Sequence record: ON286972
Length of the DNA stretch: 64,000 nucleotides
DNA from: Escherichia phage A4
Strand: one strand, 5' to 3'
The notes under the pieces were generated by a model that was not told the origin of the DNA, ran no database searches, and saw only the letters and a list, made by a program, of their open reading frames with translations. Positions within the stretch are counted from its first letter, which is position 1. The number at the start of each line of letters is the position of its first letter. The position numbers and the translations under genes are program-made. Below, piece by piece: positions 24,198 through 33,517 of the stretch.

Positions 24198-24523
24198 TGA
24201 TGTTCAAGAACTTCATTGCTATAGTAGCAGTACTATTCTTAACTACGTGCTTCATCAATCCAGTTTATGCTGATAAAGTGCGATGGAAGGATGTTAAATC
24301 ACCATCCTATTGTGCTGGTTATGCTAAGGTAAAGGATGAACAACACAATAAGCAGTACTATAAGGATATGTTTTCATTTTACAATTCTATGATTTCAGAA
24401 ACTGACTTGATGGCAAAGAGAGTTGATCGTGAAGATTTCCTTCAAGGCTATGACATGAATGATGATGAAAAAACATTAGAATGCGTAGAAGTTTTTAATT
24501 ACATACGAGGGTTTGATGAATGA
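24197..24523 (+). CDS. secreted small protein (signal peptide)
   Basis: N-terminal MMFKNFIAIVAVLFLTTCFINPVYA. Confidence 0.55.
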   Translation: MMFKNFIAIVAVLFLTTCFINPVYADKVRWKDVKSPSYCAGYAKVKDEQHNKQYYKDMFSFYNSMISETDLMAKRVDREDFLQGYDMNDDEKTLECVEVFNYIRGFDE

Positions 24524-24984
24524 CAGCACTGATATGTATTAGTCTATTTGTTATTGTATATCAATTGATTTTTTCTATCATTGATGATGTTGAACATATT
24601 GCATATAGTAAATCTATATCTAAGTTTGAGGGCAATCTTGCTTTTTTTAAATCATTATTTTGGACATATTTGTTACCAAAAGAATTTTTAGTTGTGTCTT
24701 CATATTATTCATCATATAATCTAAACTATAGTATTAGTGATTTAGCAAACATTGAACTGGTTTGTCGAAATGCTATCAACAATGTTAATGGATACAAAGT
24801 TGTGATGAAAAATCCAGGGGTGATCCATTTTATAGAACCAGGTAACAGCAGTTCTGAACTAAAACTTAGTGATATGTATCTTTCATATAACTCAATGGAA
24901 AGATTCGTTTTACCACCGTACTATATTCGTTTGATCCTAAAAGCACTACAAAATAAAACTACAGATGTTCTTGACAGGCTATAG
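24520..24984 (+). CDS. membrane-anchored protein
   Basis: ATGA overlap; N-terminal TM helix. Confidence 0.5.
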   Translation: MTALICISLFVIVYQLIFSIIDDVEHIAYSKSISKFEGNLAFFKSLFWTYLLPKEFLVVSSYYSSYNLNYSISDLANIELVCRNAINNVNGYKVVMKNPGVIHFIEPGNSSSELKLSDMYLSYNSMERFVLPPYYIRLILKALQNKTTDVLDRL

Positions 24985-25048
24985 GTGAAGTGATAAGATA
25001 GTACCAATGAAACACAACACTAATTTATAATCTAATGAGGAACCAACC

Positions 25049-25507
25049 ATGACAGTATTAGCTACCCAATTTAAACGAAATACAGAGCAACGTGAAGGTT
25101 ACTTGAGTATCAGTGAAGTGGTTGAAGGAAACTTCAAACAGTACATTTTCAATGCTTCTATTAAATTAAAAGCGACAAAATCTGATAAAGATCGTGGCTT
25201 TACTAAGTGGGTGGCTTACTGGGAAGATTCACCTGTTGCAATTGAAATGACAGTAATGACAACAGTACTGGAAACTGGATACATTAAAGCGACCATTGTA
25301 GATAAACAAGTACGAACCATTGATGAGATTGGTCCTTACCCAGCACGAAATTCTAAAGTATTTGGTAACTTGATTGATGGTAAGTTTATGTTGGATAAAG
25401 ATGCACAAGTTTATGTGATGGATAAGGTAGAAAAAGCGGCAGCTAAAAAAGAAGTTGTAAATCAAAGTCAAATTGACTTAATCAAACAAGCATGGGGTTT
25501 AAAATGA
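25049..25507 (+). CDS. hypothetical protein
   Basis: ATG ORF with GAGGAA SD. Confidence 0.55.
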   Translation: MTVLATQFKRNTEQREGYLSISEVVEGNFKQYIFNASIKLKATKSDKDRGFTKWVAYWEDSPVAIEMTVMTTVLETGYIKATIVDKQVRTIDEIGPYPARNSKVFGNLIDGKFMLDKDAQVYVMDKVEKAAAKKEVVNQSQIDLIKQAWGLK

Positions 25508-25947
25508 TTTCTATCAAATCCGTAAAATACATTTATCTTCTTGGTATTTTGTCTTGGTTTGCATTACCAGTACTGGACTTCTTTCAAGTCACAGATGATA
25601 ACAAGTACCAAACAGTAGTTTCAGTGTTTTCACTTTTATTTTTTCTTGGTGTCTTTTTTTCTAGTGCTTTTATGATCTTTAGTGATGAAGACGATGCAAG
25701 ACGTTTCTATGCAGTAGTTTTTGAATTTAAACACTATGGGTGGTATCTAACACTCCCGTTCATTCCATGTATCATTTATGCTTTCAACTATGAATACTAT
25801 TCATATATGGGCATGGCAATGATTTTGTTTATTATCCTTGAACGTATGCGAACGGTTCAAAACAAGTTTGCACAGGAGTACGAAGACATGCAAACTGCGG
25901 AAGAGATACGTAGGAAGTCAATTCCAACAACAAAGGTAGATTTATAA
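25504..25947 (+). CDS. multi-pass membrane protein
   Basis: ATG overlapping upstream stop; several hydrophobic helices. Confidence 0.5.
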   Translation: MISIKSVKYIYLLGILSWFALPVLDFFQVTDDNKYQTVVSVFSLLFFLGVFFSSAFMIFSDEDDARRFYAVVFEFKHYGWYLTLPFIPCIIYAFNYEYYSYMGMAMILFIILERMRTVQNKFAQEYEDMQTAEEIRRKSIPTTKVDL

Positions 25948-26372
25948 TGAGAACATACTATAAACTATTACTCGCTCCCTTTTCATTTGGTATTTTATGT
26001 CTAATCGACGTATTATGCACAAAGTATTCGATTAGTACAGTACTTAATCCAGCTTGGTTTACTATTGCTATTGTTGGATACTGCCTGTGTGCGGGTATGG
26101 CTGCTCTTATTACGTTACTAACAATTGCAATGGATAATGACGAGAAAGATAAAAACAGCTTTGCGAATGACTTTGGGTGGAAAACGATCAGTTCAGTAAC
26201 TATTGTACCATTTGCATTACTGACAGTTTATTTCATTCAAATGGGTGAGATCATTCCTGGTGTTGCATCATCAATACTTTTGTTAATGACAATAGTTGTT
26301 CGTTCACGACAAAATTCAATAATCCAAGAGTTTCTTGAACGAGAGGCAAGGGAAGGAACAAAAACATCTTGA
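25947..26372 (+). CDS. multi-pass membrane protein
   Basis: TAATG overlap; hydrophobic helices. Confidence 0.5.
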   Translation: MRTYYKLLLAPFSFGILCLIDVLCTKYSISTVLNPAWFTIAIVGYCLCAGMAALITLLTIAMDNDEKDKNSFANDFGWKTISSVTIVPFALLTVYFIQMGEIIPGVASSILLLMTIVVRSRQNSIIQEFLEREAREGTKTS

Positions 26373-26426
26373 CATAAAATGTGTTAAGGGATATAATTAT
26401 TTTATCAAAACAAAGGAGGGACACAT

Positions 26427-26678
26427 ATGAATCTCGAGGTGGTGAAATCATTAACTGAAGCTTTACAGAAAAATGAAGTCCAATGTCAAGAACTACGTGA
26501 CACTATTAAGGTTGAATACGCACGACTCCAAGGTATGCTTCAAGAATCAGAATGGGTAGTTACTAAAAGCATCGAAGGTATCTACAAAGATATCGAATCA
26601 ATGTTCAATAAGAAAAGTAAGATTGAATCAGATTCTTTTAACAAACGTAAAGAACTAAATGCAGTTTTAGGTATCTAA
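26427..26678 (+). CDS. hypothetical coiled-coil protein
   Basis: ATG ORF with AAGGAGG SD. Confidence 0.55.
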   Translation: MNLEVVKSLTEALQKNEVQCQELRDTIKVEYARLQGMLQESEWVVTKSIEGIYKDIESMFNKKSKIESDSFNKRKELNAVLGI

Positions 26679-26751
26679 GTACTTGACAGTACTGAAATAT
26701 AGGAGTACAATGTACTCCTACTTTAATTGAAAACCAAAAAGGAAAAACACA

Positions 26752-27027
26752 ATGAACTCTATTCTAGTAGCAGTAAACCTGGTTGCTTCTCCGTCTTTTG
26801 ATTTTAAAAAAGTTATTTCTAATAATCTTAAAAACATTTGCCCTGATACTGAACTTACTTTTTGTGTATTCGATTCTGAAAAAGTTACTAAAGTAGATCT
26901 TAATTATCTCATGAACGATGTTAAGAGTGTTCAAGGTAAAACTAATTTAGATGTAGTACGTTCTGTTGCTGACGACTACGATGATGCTCTGATCATTTCT
27001 GAATCTTTTGAAGAGGGTGTACTGTGA
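26752..27027 (+). CDS. hypothetical protein
   Basis: ATG ORF with AAAGG SD after TTGACA-N17-TACAAT. Confidence 0.55.
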   Translation: MNSILVAVNLVASPSFDFKKVISNNLKNICPDTELTFCVFDSEKVTKVDLNYLMNDVKSVQGKTNLDVVRSVADDYDDALIISESFEEGVL

Positions 27028-27491
27028 ATAAATTAGTTCAATGGGTAGAAAAAACTAAGGTCTATCCACCGTCTGAATTGTTTTTCCAAGCAGACTCTAA
27101 GCAAGCCAAGGCAGAAAAACGCGTTGTAGCCATTTGTGAAGACCTTTATAAACTTGAAGTACATACTCTTAGTGATATGCATACTGCGTTCACAGTGCTT
27201 GCCAACGCAGCTAAACGCGATATTCATAACATGAAGATGAAGTACATTGAAGAACTATGCGGTGTGCTTGCATTCCATGTTGAATATTCGGTTAATGCAT
27301 TAGATGCTATGCATAAGAAAGATCCCATCCTCCAAGCTTATTACAAAGGATGGTCAGTAAAAGCTAAAGAGCTAAAGGATGAAATCAAAGCATTACTTAT
27401 TGAATCATTCCCTGATATTGATAAGGCAATGTTACTTTCGGAGATGCAGTACTATTATGATTCTGAAAAAGATAAGGTACTTTCTAAGTAA
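27024..27491 (+). CDS. hypothetical protein
   Basis: GTG start overlapping upstream stop, SD GAGGG. Confidence 0.5.
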   Translation: MNKLVQWVEKTKVYPPSELFFQADSKQAKAEKRVVAICEDLYKLEVHTLSDMHTAFTVLANAAKRDIHNMKMKYIEELCGVLAFHVEYSVNALDAMHKKDPILQAYYKGWSVKAKELKDEIKALLIESFPDIDKAMLLSEMQYYYDSEKDKVLSK

Positions 27492-27888
27492 ACTAATTCT
27501 AAGTAAGCCCAAAGTACAAATACAAGCTCAAGAGGCTTTTGATATATACGAGGCATTGAATAATTGTAATTATGATTTACTCAATAAGCATTGTAGATCC
27601 AAAGTAGCTGTTGATTTGATATGTGAACAAATGGCAGTTAGTAACTTTTCAAAAAATTACAACATTCACTATTTTGGATTTGATGGTTCACCTACAAAAT
27701 TTGATTATAATTATGCTTATGCAGAATTGGTTAAGAGTAAGGAAAACATCAAAATAACTGAATTCATTGCCTTGTATTTTTTCACAAAACTTGGTATAGT
27801 AACTGGATGTAAAGATCCCTTCCCATTTGATAAGGTATTGAAAGGAAGAGAACTTGATATATATTCCGCATTCTTAGATAAGGTGTAG
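27457..27888 (+). CDS. hypothetical protein
   Basis: track ORF 27379..27888 trimmed to internal ATG; start uncertain. Confidence 0.4.
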   Translation: MILKKIRYFLSKLILSKPKVQIQAQEAFDIYEALNNCNYDLLNKHCRSKVAVDLICEQMAVSNFSKNYNIHYFGFDGSPTKFDYNYAYAELVKSKENIKITEFIALYFFTKLGIVTGCKDPFPFDKVLKGRELDIYSAFLDKV

Positions 27889-27889
27889 A

Positions 27890-28387
27890 ATGACTACAGT
27901 ATATGTTGACAAGCGTGTTGGATTATTGCTCACTGATTCACGAGTAACAACCACTACTGAGAGGTACTTTCTCGGATTATTCCCGTTAAAACCAAAAAAA
28001 CAATATGGTGTAGTTACTCAAAAATCATTATACATTCATGATCGTCTGTTTAGTGCCGCAGGTTCAGTGAATGAAATCAATAAAGTCTTGATGTATTTGA
28101 TATATGGTGATATAGTACTGCCCAGTAGAAAAGAGAACTGCCATTGTGTCTTGTTGTCCAAAGATTATTGTATTCACTTAGGAACAAAGAACGGGAAGTT
28201 TTTTAAGTACCTTGAGTTCATGCATGAGGAATATGTGTTCTTCATGGGGAGTGGTGGAGAGTACATGGTTGATGCTGCTGTGCATGAGAACCAAGACACA
28301 CTACTTCAAAAAATATTCAGTACTTTCAAAGAGGTAAAAAACCACGATGAATATACTGACGACAATATTAATGTATACCAATTTTGA
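27890..28387 (+). CDS. hypothetical protein
   Basis: ATG ORF. Confidence 0.55.
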   Translation: MTTVYVDKRVGLLLTDSRVTTTTERYFLGLFPLKPKKQYGVVTQKSLYIHDRLFSAAGSVNEINKVLMYLIYGDIVLPSRKENCHCVLLSKDYCIHLGTKNGKFFKYLEFMHEEYVFFMGSGGEYMVDAAVHENQDTLLQKIFSTFKEVKNHDEYTDDNINVYQF

Positions 28388-28408
28388 TTTTTTCATTAGG
28401 AGAAGTAA

Positions 28409-29371
28409 GTGAAGAAACTAGACTTAAACGCAATTTCCGAAGAAGTACTGGATGAATGTTTTGCGAATGAAGAAGTCAATCCATTGGAAGCAATTGAACC
28501 ATCAGAAGTTATTGAAGATGATATTCCACATAAAGTTCGTAGTAAAAGTAACATTAGTCTCAAGCGTCCAGTAGGTGTGACTAATGAATCCATCATCGAA
28601 GAGATTCGTGCTGGAATTAATGTAAAAAAGAACACTGACCTATTACTTCGTTATAACTATGGTATGATCGTTGATGTTGCTTCAAAGTGTACATGTTATA
28701 TTCCGTTTGAAGATAAAATTGCATATGGTGTAGAAGGTTTTATGCGAGCACTTAAAACCTTTGATCTTAGTAAGAATGTCAAATTCATTACATATGCAAC
28801 AACGTCCGTTTATATGACTATGTATAATGAAAGTTCAGATGCAAATTACATGGTGTACTTACCACGTTATATGAGCGTTCATAACATCCAAGTACGTCGA
28901 TTTAATGAATCATATCAACGTGAACACGGTAAGCGACCTACACCAGAATTAATCTCTGAGAGTACTGGTATCGAGCTTCAGCACGTTAAGAACTGTTTGT
29001 TATACCAGAATGCATATACGACTCTTGATGCACAACTGGGTTCAGATTCAGACGGAACCCTTGGGGATATTCTGAGTTCATCTGCTCGTGATTATAACCT
29101 TAATGTTGATAGCATTTGTAATCCATTACGTTATGCAATCACAGAAATCATTGACGAATTGAGTACTAAAGAACGAGAAATTATCATGCGTGTTCATGGT
29201 CTTGGGGATTACAAAGCAGAAACCCTTCGTGAAATTTCTGATAATGGATATGTTGATGATAAAGGAAACATTGTTAAGTCCCGTTCATCTGTGCACCGAA
29301 AATATAGTGAAGCTATTCAAAAGCTTAAAAAAATAGTACTTGAAAAAGGGTACGAATACGAAGATTTCTAA
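28409..29371 (+). CDS. sigma-70 family RNA polymerase sigma factor
   Basis: region 2-like LLLRYNYGMIVDVA...GVEGFMRALKTFD...KFITYATTSVYM and region 4-like HTH TKEREIIMRVHGLG...TLREIS; GTG start after AGGAG SD. Confidence 0.75.
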   Translation: MKKLDLNAISEEVLDECFANEEVNPLEAIEPSEVIEDDIPHKVRSKSNISLKRPVGVTNESIIEEIRAGINVKKNTDLLLRYNYGMIVDVASKCTCYIPFEDKIAYGVEGFMRALKTFDLSKNVKFITYATTSVYMTMYNESSDANYMVYLPRYMSVHNIQVRRFNESYQREHGKRPTPELISESTGIELQHVKNCLLYQNAYTTLDAQLGSDSDGTLGDILSSSARDYNLNVDSICNPLRYAITEIIDELSTKEREIIMRVHGLGDYKAETLREISDNGYVDDKGNIVKSRSSVHRKYSEAIQKLKKIVLEKGYEYEDF

Positions 29372-29378
29372 AGAAAAA

Positions 29379-29406
29379 GGGTTGACTTAGGTCAGCCCTT
29401 TTTTTA
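29379..29406 (+). terminator. rho-independent terminator (GGGTTGAC-TTAG-GTCAGCCC + T7), same stem family as downstream cassettes
   Basis: hairpin plus T-run right after sigma-factor stop. Confidence 0.65.
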
Positions 29407-29929
29407 TGGGACAAAATGGATGTTCATGATACAATGATATTGTACAATTCTGTTGGCATGGATGACATGAACCTGATCCACTCGAAAATGTAGAGGGCAG
29501 TTGAGCAGTCCAGCAGTGCGAAGTGCAGAAGAAACCCGTCAGATGTGGGCATATTATGAACCCCTCACGGCAATGCGGCACTATAAAGAACCACGTTAGG
29601 ATGGCTGGTGGTTCCTCGATAGACATATAAGGATAACACCTTACGAATTATCTAAGGGAGAGTTATCAAATTTTGTACAGGAAAGTTGCGTCCAAAATTT
29701 GAGTACTCACATTAAGTATTTGATTGCATAGATACTTAATGAAGATACACTATGTTTAAAAGTGTAGACCGTCATATGAAACTGAAGTAGAGAGAAACAG
29801 GATGACCCGCTTTCGTACTCATTAAGAGTAATCTTCAATGCAATAGCTCTGATACCATCAGCGTCAAATTCCCCTCCCAGCGGGGGGAAGAAAAATCCCT
29901 TCCTCAAATCCCGTCAATATTAAAAGTCC

Positions 29930-29958
29930 TTGACAGTTATTAATCATTCGCGTAGAAT
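29930..29958 (+). promoter_or_regulatory. sigma70-type promoter (TTGACA-N17-TAGAAT)
   Basis: hexamers upstream of gene 30023. Confidence 0.5.
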
Positions 29959-30022
29959 ACGTAGTATTAGAAGCGAACAGACATCTCGAAGAGATGGATG
30001 ACTAACTATTAAGGAACATTCA

Positions 30023-30232
30023 ATGAATACTACAATCTTTTTAATTGTTGCTCTTTCAATGCAATCCGGTGTACAAATTACCCCTATGAATTCATTAAAC
30101 CAATGTTTTTCTGTACGTGATAGTACATACGAACAAGTAAACAAAAATTCTTGGATGACAGTTAGTGAAGAACAAATGTGGTGTTACAAAAGTGATATTA
30201 AAGCGAAATTTATTGTAGGACAAACTCAATGA
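30023..30232 (+). CDS. secreted small protein (signal peptide)
   Basis: ATG ORF with AAGGAA SD; N-terminal hydrophobic signal. Confidence 0.55.
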   Translation: MNTTIFLIVALSMQSGVQITPMNSLNQCFSVRDSTYEQVNKNSWMTVSEEQMWCYKSDIKAKFIVGQTQ

Positions 30233-30423
30233 TTTATCGAGTGAGGTTTGAAGTTTGTAAAATTGTTTTCAATAGCAAAGGTGAAGCCTCACTAGATGAA
30301 ACTATGCACATATATAATCTCCAATTTAGGGCAAAAACAGAAGCTGATGCATTAGTAAACATGTTTAATTTCAACCATAGGTGCGGGTATCATTTAGTAA
30401 GAGTTATAGAGGTTAAAAAGTAA
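30229..30423 (+). CDS. hypothetical protein
   Basis: ATGA overlap with upstream stop. Confidence 0.5.
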   Translation: MIYRVRFEVCKIVFNSKGEASLDETMHIYNLQFRAKTEADALVNMFNFNHRCGYHLVRVIEVKK

Positions 30424-30453
30424 TCACCGAATGCAGTGAAGAGGAAATCTAAA

Positions 30454-30717
30454 ATGAGTACTATCAATGCATTCAAGCACTTAGACAAAGGTATCAAACA
30501 CTTTGATGTTGAATGTTTAAATTCAGGTATGAATCGTTTAGTACAAATTTACATGAAATCGTTTATAGGTATTGACAGTGCACGACTACCAGTATATAAT
30601 TACTTTATTGAAAGCGTAGAAGGTGAATCACTTCGTGATTATGGTGAAAGATTTAATAAGAAAGTTTTCACTGCAATAGCAAATGAGATTCATTACTATA
30701 AACCCTATGTAATTTAA
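30454..30717 (+). CDS. hypothetical protein
   Basis: track ORF 30436..30717 trimmed to ATG after GAGGAA SD. Confidence 0.5.
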   Translation: MSTINAFKHLDKGIKHFDVECLNSGMNRLVQIYMKSFIGIDSARLPVYNYFIESVEGESLRDYGERFNKKVFTAIANEIHYYKPYVI

Positions 30718-30731
30718 TTAGAGGAACTATC

Positions 30732-30899
30732 ATGCAAATCATTATCTTAATCGTTGGTATCGGTTTGGGCATCTATGGACATTCATGGGTAACTGAGAAG
30801 TTTCCTGACACCCGTCCAGATTACTGTACAACTAAAACAGAAAGTACTGAAAGTATTGGAACTAAGATCGATAAAGTAATCGAGGTGATTAAACAATGA
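30732..30899 (+). CDS. small membrane protein (about 55 aa)
   Basis: short ORF with AGAGGAA SD, N-terminal TM helix; not in track; coordinates approximate. Confidence 0.4.
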   Translation: MQIIILIVGIGLGIYGHSWVTEKFPDTRPDYCTTKTESTESIGTKIDKVIEVIKQ

Positions 30900-30987
30900 T
30901 GAAACTTAATATATTTCTGGTTGTATTCACTGTCGTTGTTATCGGTATTGGTGCACTGGCATATATCCAACCTTAAAGGAAAAATAA

Positions 30988-31188
30988 ATGTTTAAATCGA
31001 ATACAAATGTTGGTAAGCAGGTTCAATTACTTGAAGACGTATCCACTATGAGTGGAACCTTCACTAAAGGTCACATCATGACTATTATTGCCGAAACATC
31101 CCGTGGCTGGGACTTGGAAGATGCTGATGGTAATCGCATCCTTGAGGCTGGCTTCTATGGTCATCGTGAATATAAAATTATCGATTAA
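30988..31188 (+). CDS. hypothetical protein
   Basis: ATG ORF with AAAGGAAA SD. Confidence 0.55.
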   Translation: MFKSNTNVGKQVQLLEDVSTMSGTFTKGHIMTIIAETSRGWDLEDADGNRILEAGFYGHREYKIID

Positions 31189-31284
31189 GGATATAACATG
31201 ATGTTAGAGGCTATCGTTGGTATTATTAGTTTAGTCGTCTGTGTAGGTTGGTTTGGGTATCTGATGATTTTTGGCGATTAATAC

Positions 31285-31312
31285 TTGACATAAGATATCA
31301 GTACTGTATAAT
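31285..31312 (+). promoter_or_regulatory. sigma70-type promoter (TTGACA-N16-TATAAT, CAGTACTG before -10)
   Basis: shares CAGTACTGTATAATGTTTAT with promoters at 13025, 13435, 42875. Confidence 0.55.
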
Positions 31313-31356
31313 GTTTATATCAACGACACCCACTTTAACAAATAATAGGAAATATT

Positions 31357-31635
31357 ATGTCTTTTACCAAAGAAGAACGTGACCTTATTAAAAAAGCAAT
31401 CTGGTTTTATGCTAATGAAGGGGAGTGCGATGAAGAAAAAGCACGTGAACTGTGTAATATCCTTGAGCAGAAACAAGAACTGAAAGTTTATCGTATCCGT
31501 GTTTTGGATGACGGGGATCGTATTGTCCTAGCTGAAACAAAAGAAGAAGCAGAACAAATCTTCACTGATAAAAACGAAAATCCACATTGGATGGAAGAAG
31601 TCTGTGAAGTAAAAAAAGGTACTTATATCGATTGA
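31357..31635 (+). CDS. hypothetical acidic protein
   Basis: ATG ORF with AGGAAA SD. Confidence 0.55.
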   Translation: MSFTKEERDLIKKAIWFYANEGECDEEKARELCNILEQKQELKVYRIRVLDDGDRIVLAETKEEAEQIFTDKNENPHWMEEVCEVKKGTYID

Positions 31636-31660
31636 CTGTACTGAATAATAGCAGTATAAT
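31632..31660 (+). promoter_or_regulatory. sigma70-type promoter (TTGACT-N17-TATAAT)
   Basis: -35 overlaps the stop codon of the upstream gene. Confidence 0.5.
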
Positions 31661-31672
31661 GTTTATATCAAA

Positions 31673-31723
31673 GGGAATGCAGTGAAAGGAAAGACAGCAT
31701 AATCGTACTCGTCACTGCGTTCC
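31673..31723 (+). promoter_or_regulatory. long 5'-leader hairpin (13-bp stem GGGAATGCAGTGA / TCACTGCGTTCCC)
   Basis: inverted repeat between promoter -10 and SD of gene 31754. Confidence 0.4.
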
Positions 31724-31753
31724 CGCCCTTTTAAATTAAATGAGGAATTAACT

Positions 31754-32062
31754 ATGTTTCAAACTAACACTCAAGGTTTTGTAATCATCGATTTGAATCA
31801 AAACAGCGGTTATTGGATGAAACCTACTGACGCATGTATGCAGTTTGATTTCTTAGGTTACAGAATTAGTGTAAGTACTGGTGCTTCTGTACTGCGTGGT
31901 GGTTGTATCGTTGAACATCTGGTAACTGATCCAGAAGGTCGTGAGTATGAAATCGCAGGTTCAGTACAAGATGCCATTATGTTTGTATGTCAGCGTGAAA
32001 TGAATGGTTCGAATTCAAATGCACTGACTCATGCTCTTTCTCAAGAAGTGGAGGTTCGTTAA
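31754..32062 (+). CDS. hypothetical protein
   Basis: ATG ORF with GAGGAA SD. Confidence 0.55.
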   Translation: MFQTNTQGFVIIDLNQNSGYWMKPTDACMQFDFLGYRISVSTGASVLRGGCIVEHLVTDPEGREYEIAGSVQDAIMFVCQREMNGSNSNALTHALSQEVEVR

Positions 32063-32307
32063 TGAAATATATTGTAGCAGTACTAATTGCTTTCCTACTC
32101 ACTGCATGTGATGCTTCAACAAAAGAACGAACTGGTGAGTTTGTTTTACCAACTGAACTCAAAGAAGCAGGGTGTAAGATTTATCGTATGCAACAGGAAG
32201 GTGCAGGTGCAACTTTGTACACTGTTTACTGTCCTAATGCAAACACTACTACGTCTTATATGAGTGGTAAAGTTCGCGTGGATACATCTGTGGTTCATGG
32301 AGAATAA
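32062..32307 (+). CDS. putative lipoprotein
   Basis: signal peptide with lipobox-like LTAC (MKYIVAVLIAFLLTAC). Confidence 0.55.
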   Translation: MKYIVAVLIAFLLTACDASTKERTGEFVLPTELKEAGCKIYRMQQEGAGATLYTVYCPNANTTTSYMSGKVRVDTSVVHGE

Positions 32308-32309
32308 CA

Positions 32310-32678
32310 ATGAGTCTTGATACTACTCGTTCGGCAAATATCTTGGAACGTTTGAATGATGAAGAATATCTTGCTAATGCAAAATATCAGCTTGAAAAAC
32401 TCATTCGAAATGTAAAATATGTTGATATCACTACACAGCTTCCACTAGATGAATATCACAAGTTAAACGAAGATATTGTATATCACCCAAATGAAATTTG
32501 GATTGAGTGGGAATCATGGACTCATTCGGTTCTCCGTATCGAAGGATATTGTGTGAAATATGAAAGTTCACCAGGTGATTTTACAAAAAAACTGTCGATA
32601 TTGTGCACTGACACACATGAAATAGTTGAGGTGAATTTGAATCATATGAAGGGTTGCCGTTGGGGAGATGTTAAATGA
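32310..32678 (+). CDS. hypothetical protein
   Basis: ATG ORF with GGAGAA SD. Confidence 0.5.
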   Translation: MSLDTTRSANILERLNDEEYLANAKYQLEKLIRNVKYVDITTQLPLDEYHKLNEDIVYHPNEIWIEWESWTHSVLRIEGYCVKYESSPGDFTKKLSILCTDTHEIVEVNLNHMKGCRWGDVK

Positions 32679-32950
32679 TTAAAAAACTCTTGACGGTGTT
32701 TGTTGTATTCTGTACAATGTTTCTTACAGCATGTAATGATGACGGCAGGTTCAGTGCAAAAGACTTAGTTCGTCAGGATTGTACATTCACAGGTAAGTCT
32801 TTTATTAACGAATATGAAATATGTACACAAGCAGGACGTATTTGTGGGGGTTGGGAAAAACGTCAGGAGCGTCTGTATGTATATGATTGTCCAGGACACC
32901 TCAACAAAGTACTAAGCACACACAAACTTGTTTATGATAAGGTTGAATAA
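32675..32950 (+). CDS. putative lipoprotein
   Basis: signal peptide with LTAC lipobox (MIKKLLTVFVVFCTMFLTAC). Confidence 0.55.
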   Translation: MIKKLLTVFVVFCTMFLTACNDDGRFSAKDLVRQDCTFTGKSFINEYEICTQAGRICGGWEKRQERLYVYDCPGHLNKVLSTHKLVYDKVE

Positions 32951-33159
32951 TGACTACCAATGAAATGATGCAGGTTATTTGGAATAAAGGTTGTGATATT
33001 AAAATCACTAGTACTGATGTTCGTGTATTCAAAACTGAATACATGGAATACTTGGACCTTGATACTTATAATAATATTGTATCAATTGAACACAAAGGTG
33101 CAGTACTGGAAACAATTGACGTTGTTCTCAAGAAAGCAACGGATTTATTGGGAGCATAA
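32950..33159 (+). CDS. hypothetical protein
   Basis: TAATG overlap with upstream stop. Confidence 0.5.
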   Translation: MTTNEMMQVIWNKGCDIKITSTDVRVFKTEYMEYLDLDTYNNIVSIEHKGAVLETIDVVLKKATDLLGA

Positions 33160-33160
33160 G

Positions 33161-33307
33161 GTGAACAATAAAGAATGGGAAGAGTACCGCAAGAAGTGCC
33201 GAGAGTTTGATAAAGAACTCACTGGTACTGTGAACGCAGTAATGTGGGTATCTGCAATAATTGCAGTACTGGGACTGTTTGCAGTTATCATTAATAAGTT
33301 TTTTTGA
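33161..33307 (+). CDS. small membrane protein (about 48 aa)
   Basis: track ORF 32993..33307 trimmed to GTG after GGGAG SD; C-terminal TM helix. Confidence 0.4.
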   Translation: MNNKEWEEYRKKCREFDKELTGTVNAVMWVSAIIAVLGLFAVIINKFF

Positions 33308-33316
33308 GGAATACAC

Positions 33317-33517
33317 ATGTTTACTTTATATCTAGCTGTAGTACTAACAAATGGTGAAATCACACGTACATTCGGTGATGGTGTATATAAAACACCTGAG
33401 CAGTGTTATTCTGCGACACACTGGCCTCGTGATGCTGGTGACGAAACTCGTACCGAATACAAATGTATGAAGGTCAAAGGTGACTTTGTTAACCTTAAGG
33501 TCATTGAGGTGAAGTAG
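33317..33517 (+). CDS. small secreted/membrane protein
   Basis: ATG ORF, N-terminal hydrophobic stretch. Confidence 0.5.
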   Translation: MFTLYLAVVLTNGEITRTFGDGVYKTPEQCYSATHWPRDAGDETRTEYKCMKVKGDFVNLKVIEVK

